Shown piece after piece: positions 58,112 to 64,000 of a stretch of DNA of 64,000 nt. Source of the DNA: a virus. The notes beneath the pieces are model-generated. The model ran no database searches. It had not been told where the DNA came from and was given only the letters and a program-made list of their open reading frames with translations. Numbering within the stretch: the first letter of the stretch is position 1; each line of letters opens with the position of its first letter. The translations under genes were made by a program, and so were the position numbers. The stretch lies in IMG/VR virus record IMGVR_UViG_3300021335_000003; one strand, 5' to 3'.

Positions 58112-58365
58112 TTTTTCTTTTTCCTTTCGTGGTTAGCCTTGCCAATATTGACAGCCCACTTGCCGCTGGCACGTATTTCGGCTAACTCCTCTTTGTATCT
58201 CTGTTTAGCCTCTTCGGCTCTTTCTCTGCATAAGGTAACTAGCTCACGTAGCTCTCTACGTATTCGTCTTTTACTACGCTCACTTGGCAAACGTTCGAAG
58301 TCTTCGCTTGCTGCCAAGTAGTCTAGTACCTTTTGCATTAATTTATCATGCGTGTCGTCTGTCAT
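58108..58365 (-). CDS. Hypothetical protein
   Basis: ORF coupled to gp46 and the halogenase by 4-nt overlaps. Confidence 0.65.
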   Translation of the reverse strand: MTDDTHDKLMQKVLDYLAASEDFERLPSERSKRRIRRELRELVTLCRERAEEAKQRYKEELAEIRASGKWAVNIGKANHERKKKK

Positions 58366-60137
58366 TCTACAATATCGATATCGTTTTCATATGATGTAAA
58401 GCCATTCTCTTTGATAACTTTCATTACATGATTGACTCTACCAACAAGTTCGTCTTTGTGTGAGATGAGGAAAACATTTTTGCTACGCTCTCTACCCATC
58501 TTCTTGAGTACAGCGAGCGCATTTTCAACACCAGCAGTGTCCATACCTGAGTCAATAAGCTCGTCAATGAACAACAAGTTGATGCCTTGATACAACGATT
58601 CCCAAACATCACGGAATGCAAAACTCATGCCTAGTATCAGCCTGTTGCGTTCGCCTCTAGATAAGTTATCAAAGTCCAAGTCTTGTCCTAGTTGTGTAAT
58701 CTCAACTGACAAATCATTTTGGAATTCTACTTGATGTGGTAAGCCTAGTTTGTCTAAATAGTATGTGAGCCTATTGTTCAAGTACGCCAAGTTCTGATCA
58801 ATGATCTTTTTGCGGATGAACGAGTCTTTGTTTGTCAAAAGTTTCAGTAGAAACTCTTGATGTTCACGCAAGTTGGTAAGATCATTTACAGGTTGCCAAT
58901 CAATTTCTTGTAGTGCTGTTGTCTTCAAGTCCTCAATTTGTGCTTCGTAAGGATCTTCTTCTTGCGTTTTACTTATCAGTGTTTGTTTTAAATTATCTAC
59001 ATTGTTTCTGTGTTCATATGCTTCTTTGGCACTCTCATAAAACGTGTTAGGACGTCCGTTGATGTCACCAATTTCGTTGAGAAACTCCATAGTTGCTTCT
59101 AATTTGTCAGCAACTTCTGTTTGATAAGCAAGTGCATCACTTAATTCTTTTTGTTTTTTAGTTTCGATCTCTGCTTTCTTGTCTGCATGAAGCGTTTGAC
59201 CGCAAGTGTAACAAATAGCATCGTCAAGTTCTTTGATATCCTTTTCTGCTTTGTCAACACCTTTGGTTGCTCGCATCAATGCTGTTTCCAGTGTTGCTTT
59301 CTCTTTGTTCAAACTAGTTATACGATTATTCAATTCTGTCCAGTTGGTAAGTTTGTCGTGTGCTTCTAATTCTGCATCAATATCTAGTTTTTCTAGTTCT
59401 TCAAGTGCAGTTTGCATTCTATCTGCATCAGTTTTGCGTTTTGCAACCCAAGCACGTTGTCTTCCAGCAAGTGTTTCAATACTTTGTTCGATCTTTTTGT
59501 TACTTGCTTCTATTGCATTGATCTTTAGTGTTTCTTCTGTGATAAAGTCTTTGGTTTGTTTAACTTTTTCCTTCAACAAGTCTGCTTTTTCAGTAAGAAT
59601 GGTAATACCAAGTAGCTGTTCAATGATTGCACGTTGGTCATTTGCTCTCATACTGAGAAAAGGCTCTGTGTAAGTGTTGAGTGCAACAATATGTTTGAAC
59701 ATATCGTGACTCATATCTAACAAACTGTCAATATCTTTTTGTGTTTGACGACTATCGCCTTGTGATTCGTCAATATCTTCTTTTTGTTCGTGGTCATTTA
59801 TGTAAAACTTGAGAACATTTGGCGATCGACCACGTTCGATCCGATATTGATTGTTGCCTTTCTCAAAGTTAAGGGTAACCAACATGCCTTTGGAATTGGT
59901 CTTGTTAATAAGATTGTTCCGTTTGATGTTGGTTAGTGCTTGGCCGTACAAGGCGTAGGATAATGCATTGATTATCGTTGTTTTACCTGTACCGTTGCGT
60001 GATCCTGTATCGTCACCTCCTTGGTCTAAGTTTTCACCAAGCACAAGAGTGAGTTGCTCCTTGTTGAAGTCAACTGCTTGGGTAACATTACCCACACTCA
60101 TAAAGTTTTTTACTGTTAGGTCTTTAATTTTAATCAT
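58362..60137 (-). CDS. gp46: Recombination endonuclease ATPase subunit (Rad50/SbcC-like)
   Basis: KNFMSVGN, NGTGKTT, CYTC zinc hook, LSRGE signature, LLFIDE, ISH. Confidence 0.95.
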   Translation of the reverse strand: MIKIKDLTVKNFMSVGNVTQAVDFNKEQLTLVLGENLDQGGDDTGSRNGTGKTTIINALSYALYGQALTNIKRNNLINKTNSKGMLVTLNFEKGNNQYRIERGRSPNVLKFYINDHEQKEDIDESQGDSRQTQKDIDSLLDMSHDMFKHIVALNTYTEPFLSMRANDQRAIIEQLLGITILTEKADLLKEKVKQTKDFITEETLKINAIEASNKKIEQSIETLAGRQRAWVAKRKTDADRMQTALEELEKLDIDAELEAHDKLTNWTELNNRITSLNKEKATLETALMRATKGVDKAEKDIKELDDAICYTCGQTLHADKKAEIETKKQKELSDALAYQTEVADKLEATMEFLNEIGDINGRPNTFYESAKEAYEHRNNVDNLKQTLISKTQEEDPYEAQIEDLKTTALQEIDWQPVNDLTNLREHQEFLLKLLTNKDSFIRKKIIDQNLAYLNNRLTYYLDKLGLPHQVEFQNDLSVEITQLGQDLDFDNLSRGERNRLILGMSFAFRDVWESLYQGINLLFIDELIDSGMDTAGVENALAVLKKMGRERSKNVFLISHKDELVGRVNHVMKVIKENGFTSYENDIDIVE

Positions 60138-61147
60138 ACTAGCTCGTTGTATATGTCTAATAACAGTTTTTTGTTGAACTGTTCGCTGTCAATTGCTTGG
60201 ATTTCGTTGCTAACAATTTGATCTACGCTTTCAAATTGTTCAATATCCAAGTCTGTGTTGATTTCCTCAATGTGTTTCTGGGGAATCAGTGTGATCTCTC
60301 TACAGTTGTATGTGTCAATAAACGTTTCTTTGATGTATGTCGCTTCTTCAAAGCTGATATCGATATCAAGTGTAACTCTTAGGTACATGCTTGGCTTGAT
60401 CAGTGTGTCTTTCTCATCAATCAACTGTGATAACTTGACTGTACGGTACTTAGGACAGTCTGGCCAGTTGATATACTCTGGTTCTGCATCGTTCTCACGG
60501 TCCAGTATCATCATACCACGGTCGTCATCCCAAGCATCTGCATAGTTGTGTGGGAAAGCATTGCCGATATAGTGGATCTTACCCTGCCGTTGTCGCTTGT
60601 GAAAGTGGCCACTAAACACATACTCTTGATTCTTGAAGTGTTCTGATTTTAGTTCACCGTGATCTGGCATTTGTACCATAGCATTCATGTAAAACGATGG
60701 TAGTTCAAAGTGTCCAAACAGATATTTGGATTGTAACTTCTCAATACGCCGCCATTCCTCACCTACTAACCACGGAACCAGTGCTACATCTTCAATAACC
60801 TGTATCTCATCTACCACTGTAATGTTAGGAATGTGTTTTGCAAACTCAGTTGACTTAACATCACGCTTGTCTTTGTAGTACAAGTCGTGGTTACCAGCAA
60901 ACATATAGAACTTTTCAAACGATTCACCTAGTTTCTCCAACAACCGTATGGTTGTATCCATAGTTGTAAGGTTCAAACTGTTCCTATTATGGTGCCAGTC
61001 GCCGCAAAAGATGCCTGTTTCGCAATTGTTTGCTTTTGCTGTTTCAATATACCAATCGATATAGTCTTCACAGTCCTGATTATGGACACGTGAGTTGCCT
61101 TTCATACCTAAATGTATGTCAGTAAATACTGCTGCCTTTTTAAACAA
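60134..61147 (-). CDS. gp47: Recombination endonuclease nuclease subunit (Mre11/SbcD-like)
   Basis: TDIHLG, GDWHH, GNHD, GHFE, SGHFH. Confidence 0.95.
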   Translation of the reverse strand: MFKKAAVFTDIHLGMKGNSRVHNQDCEDYIDWYIETAKANNCETGIFCGDWHHNRNSLNLTTMDTTIRLLEKLGESFEKFYMFAGNHDLYYKDKRDVKSTEFAKHIPNITVVDEIQVIEDVALVPWLVGEEWRRIEKLQSKYLFGHFELPSFYMNAMVQMPDHGELKSEHFKNQEYVFSGHFHKRQRQGKIHYIGNAFPHNYADAWDDDRGMMILDRENDAEPEYINWPDCPKYRTVKLSQLIDEKDTLIKPSMYLRVTLDIDISFEEATYIKETFIDTYNCREITLIPQKHIEEINTDLDIEQFESVDQIVSNEIQAIDSEQFNKKLLLDIYNELV

Positions 61148-61169
61148 TAGAATACTCCACTTCTAACAC

Positions 61170-61198
61170 AGTATAGCGGAGATTGATTTAGAAATCAA
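61170..61198 (-). promoter_or_regulatory. sigma70-type promoter for the gp47-gp46 operon
   Basis: TTGATT-17-TATACT; -35 lies within the inverted repeat TTGATTT-ct-AAATCAA. Confidence 0.65.
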
Positions 61199-62022
61199 CC
61201 TTTATTTGCGTTTTCTCTGCGCTGTGCTGCTTCCCATTCGCCACTATGTAAGCGTGTATGCGATGGATTCATATCATTCATTTCTAAAATGTCGTCTCTA
61301 ATGTTTTGATTACGTTTTTCAATGTTGATTACACGTACAAAACTGTTTGTAACGGCTGCTGTGTAGTAAGCAAATGGGTTTTGCGACTTTGATTCGTCGA
61401 ATTGTAGTCCAATTTGAGCAAGTTGTAGGATTGCTTGTCCTCTCATTTCATCATTGTATGTGTATCCACGCACATTGCCTCTTGTTGCGTAGCGATCACA
61501 CAGTTTCATCCACATGCGGGCAAGTTCGTTAGTAGCTTTGCCGTGTGTTTTATCAAAGTAACCGTTTTCCATTCCGCCTACCCAATGACTTTTACCTACA
61601 CAGACTAGGTTGTTGTTATCATCAAACTTGTAATGTTGGAATGGAGGAAAGTTTAATTTTGTTTTATGATCTGCAACTGTCTTAGGATTTTTCTTGCGTC
61701 CTGGCTCGTCTGGAATATGATCAAATGTCATTATACGGAACACAAGGTCTGTTTTTTCAATTTTTCTATAATCAACTTCAAATTCTGCCTGCTTTACTTT
61801 TTTACCAGCAGCTTTTGCAGCTTCATATGCTTGTGTTCCTTGTTTCTTTGCCTTGTTACGTTTTGCTTCTGCTATAGTTCTGATGTTTATTTTGTCAATA
61901 TCAGTAAGTATGATATCATAATTTGCATATTCAGGTGCTACATAACTACAAAACGTTGCTTTTGACTTGTGTATTTCCGCTAACATGTCCTTGTTGTTTA
62001 AATAATTTACTTTTCTTGCCAT
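61195..62022 (-). CDS. gp55: Late-transcription sigma factor, gp55-like
   Basis: NYLNNKDML.EI, N.RGYTY.DEM, FDESKS.NPFAYYT....NSF.R.I..EK; directly upstream of gp47 as in T4-like phages. Confidence 0.88.
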   Translation of the reverse strand: MARKVNYLNNKDMLAEIHKSKATFCSYVAPEYANYDIILTDIDKINIRTIAEAKRNKAKKQGTQAYEAAKAAGKKVKQAEFEVDYRKIEKTDLVFRIMTFDHIPDEPGRKKNPKTVADHKTKLNFPPFQHYKFDDNNNLVCVGKSHWVGGMENGYFDKTHGKATNELARMWMKLCDRYATRGNVRGYTYNDEMRGQAILQLAQIGLQFDESKSQNPFAYYTAAVTNSFVRVINIEKRNQNIRDDILEMNDMNPSHTRLHSGEWEAAQRRENANKG

Positions 62023-62044
62023 ATTTAGATCAATCCTTTTTTAC

Positions 62045-62073
62045 ATTATAATATACGCACATATTTTTGTCAA
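62045..62073 (-). promoter_or_regulatory. Consensus sigma70 promoter for gp55
   Basis: TTGACA-17 nt-TATAAT exactly. Confidence 0.85.
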
Positions 62074-62096
62074 CTAAATACTATGTAGGAGTGAAT

Positions 62097-62906
62097 ATGG
62101 CTAATAATCCAAGACAAGCAAACAATTTGGGCAATGTTGATGCACAAACAAGAACCTTTGTTGGTTCTCGTGGGTCGAGAGATATTGTTATTACAAATCC
62201 TGGCGATATTACCAGACAAAGAAGATTAAACAATCTTCCAAATGGTGCTGAACCGTCACAATCATTATCTCAAACAGCAACTTTTTTGCCTACTGATGAT
62301 ACACAACCAGACTGGAGGGTAAAAATCAGTGTTCCTGCATTATCTACCTATAGAACAAGTTCAATTTTACAACCTTTGGCAAAAACTGGTTATAATGTTG
62401 TATTTCCTGTAACTCCTATGATTAACTTAGTAACAAGTGCTATGTATGAAGATTTCTCTCCTGTACATAGTAATTATCCTTTTCCTTCATATGTTAATAG
62501 TAGGACAGAAGATATAACAATATCTGGAAGTTTTCCTGTGCAAACACAAGAAGATGGATTGTATTGGTTAGCAGCTATTCACTTTTTTAGGAGTTTAACC
62601 AAAATGTTCTATGGAGAGACTAGTGAAAAAGGTGCTCCGCCTCCTGTTGTAAAGTTAAGCGGTTATGGAAGTTATGTTATGAATAATATTCCAGTTGTCA
62701 TTACACAAATGACATTTGATTTGCCAAATAATGTTGATTATTTGCAAGTAGGTGCTGCTGGTATCACACCTGACAAATATCAAATGGTTCCAACAAACAG
62801 TACTATTGCTGTATCTTGCAGACCTGTGCATAGTAGAGCAAAAATTAGTGAATTTTCTTTGGATAACTTTGTTTCTGGTAATCTTTCAGATAAAGGATTT
62901 ATCTAA
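62097..62906 (+). CDS. Baseplate/tail-tube-initiator-like protein (start reassigned to ATG 62097)
   Basis: Late box TAAATA at 62075-62080 plus AGGAG RBS; FP.TP, HSNY, G.PPPVV.LSGYG motifs. Confidence 0.6.
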   Translation: MANNPRQANNLGNVDAQTRTFVGSRGSRDIVITNPGDITRQRRLNNLPNGAEPSQSLSQTATFLPTDDTQPDWRVKISVPALSTYRTSSILQPLAKTGYNVVFPVTPMINLVTSAMYEDFSPVHSNYPFPSYVNSRTEDITISGSFPVQTQEDGLYWLAAIHFFRSLTKMFYGETSEKGAPPPVVKLSGYGSYVMNNIPVVITQMTFDLPNNVDYLQVGAAGITPDKYQMVPTNSTIAVSCRPVHSRAKISEFSLDNFVSGNLSDKGFI

Positions 62907-63208
62907 TGGCGCAATATGGAAAAACTAGTCCTTGGGGAAACACAGATTTTACCAACACAGGTGAATTAGATATATTAAGGATACGTCCTGTACCAGCAGA
63001 AGATGATGATATTTTATATACAATAGAACCGCAATATACATATAGACCTGACTTGCTTGCTTTTGACTTGTATGGCACTGCAAAGTTGTGGTGGATATTT
63101 GCTCAACGCAATATTGATACATTAAAAGATCCTGTGTTTGATTTTATACCAGGTACCAAAATATATCTACCTAAGTCGTCAGCAGTCAAAAAAGGTCTTA
63201 ATTTATAA
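62906..63208 (+). CDS. Baseplate wedge protein gp53-like (LysM-like)
   Basis: Y.YRPDLLA.DLYG...LWW.FA.RN...DP.FDF..G..IY.P. Confidence 0.8.
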   Translation: MAQYGKTSPWGNTDFTNTGELDILRIRPVPAEDDDILYTIEPQYTYRPDLLAFDLYGTAKLWWIFAQRNIDTLKDPVFDFIPGTKIYLPKSSAVKKGLNL

Positions 63209-64000
63209 TGGCAATAGAAACAAACAGCTTACATCAGTTTAGCAGTTTTAACAATATCTTCACTTTTAGTTGTTTAACACGTGAAGAAATTGCTGTTCCC
63301 AACGAAACCTATAGAAATTATGGCCCTGCTAATGTTATTTTCCAAAGTGGCGGTACATATGAAAATAAAGTCACAACAGAATATGAAACAGCAATAGGCG
63401 GCAAATTAGAATATTATATTGATAATGTAATGATAGAAGCATTATGTGTTCCTAATACAAAATCACGTAGTACAAATGCAACATACATAGAGTTTACAGT
63501 AACAGAACCATACAGTATGGGTCTATTTCTGCAAACTTGTCAAATAGCAGCAAACATGAGCGGCTATACAAACTATCAACGTGCGCCTTACATGCTTAGT
63601 ATTGAATTTATTGGCTATGATGATGACGGTGATATTATTGTTACAGAAAGCGGACAAAATTTACGCAGAGATATTCCTGTAAAAATTACAAATATTACAT
63701 TTGAAGTTAATCAAGGCGGAACAGTTTATACTGTTGAAGCAATGCCTTGGAATGAACAAGCATATTTAGATGATAAAACAGGTGTTCCTATTGATATTGC
63801 ACTCAAAGGCAACAGCATAGAAAAATGTTTGCAGAGTGGAGAGCAAAGTTTATGCACAGTTATGAACGGACACTTTGAAGAATTAAAACAGCAAAACAAA
63901 CTTATCGAAGCTGACGAATTTGTTGTTACTTTTCCTAAAGATATTGCAACAAAATTTAATCCAGCACAAGTTGCAAGCACTAGTGACGTAGGAGCAACTA
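63208..64000 (+). CDS. Putative baseplate hub/tail protein (partial, runs off the window)
   Basis: ATG overlaps the gp53-like stop; MAIETNSLHQFSSFNNIFTFSCL...FTVTEPYSMGLFLQ...APYMLSIEFIGYDD. Confidence 0.6.
   Translation, partial: MAIETNSLHQFSSFNNIFTFSCLTREEIAVPNETYRNYGPANVIFQSGGTYENKVTTEYETAIGGKLEYYIDNVMIEALCVPNTKSRSTNATYIEFTVTEPYSMGLFLQTCQIAANMSGYTNYQRAPYMLSIEFIGYDDDGDIIVTESGQNLRRDIPVKITNITFEVNQGGTVYTVEAMPWNEQAYLDDKTGVPIDIALKGNSIEKCLQSGEQSLCTVMNGHFEELKQQNKLIEADEFVVTFPKDIATKFNPAQVASTSDVGAT

Noticed and set aside
1-64000. Stop-codon reassignment
   Set aside because: Core genes are full length under the standard code, and TAA, TGA and TAG all occur as ends.

Overview
This window is 64 kb of a large, AT-rich T4-like myovirus genome, probably aquatic given its accessory genes. 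It has no rRNA, tRNA, CRISPR array, transposase or reverse transcriptase. It holds the virion morphogenesis region: terminase, head completion, tail tube and sheath, neck gp13/14/15, two giant paralogous fibre proteins, major capsid, scaffold, protease, portal, tape measure and baseplate genes. Recombination and transcription genes (uvsX, gp32, gp46, gp47, gp55-like sigma) flank it. Accessory enzymes are interspersed: a 2OG-Fe(II) oxygenase, an SGNH-like protein, NUDIX, glycosyltransferase-like proteins, an MTHFR-like flavoprotein and a flavin halogenase-like protein. A T4-type late promoter, (A)TAAATA, precedes most structural genes, and sigma70-type promoters precede the early/middle genes. 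Four unexplained signals stand out. (1) A ~400-nt, ORF-free, heavily base-paired region lies directly downstream of a minimal GIY-YIG nuclease, a candidate nuclease+RNA system. (2) A free-standing ~215-nt structured RNA with its own promoter and terminator lies next to a cold-shock-like protein and an MTHFR-like gene. (3) A U-UUU-UUC slippery site would fuse the gp26-like ORF to an unannotated gp51-like ORF by -1 frameshift, like lambda G/GT. (4) Candidate capsid-packaged proteins share targeting-like motifs and hydrophobic segments. All assignments come from motif recognition and hand pairing; no database search or folding program was run.
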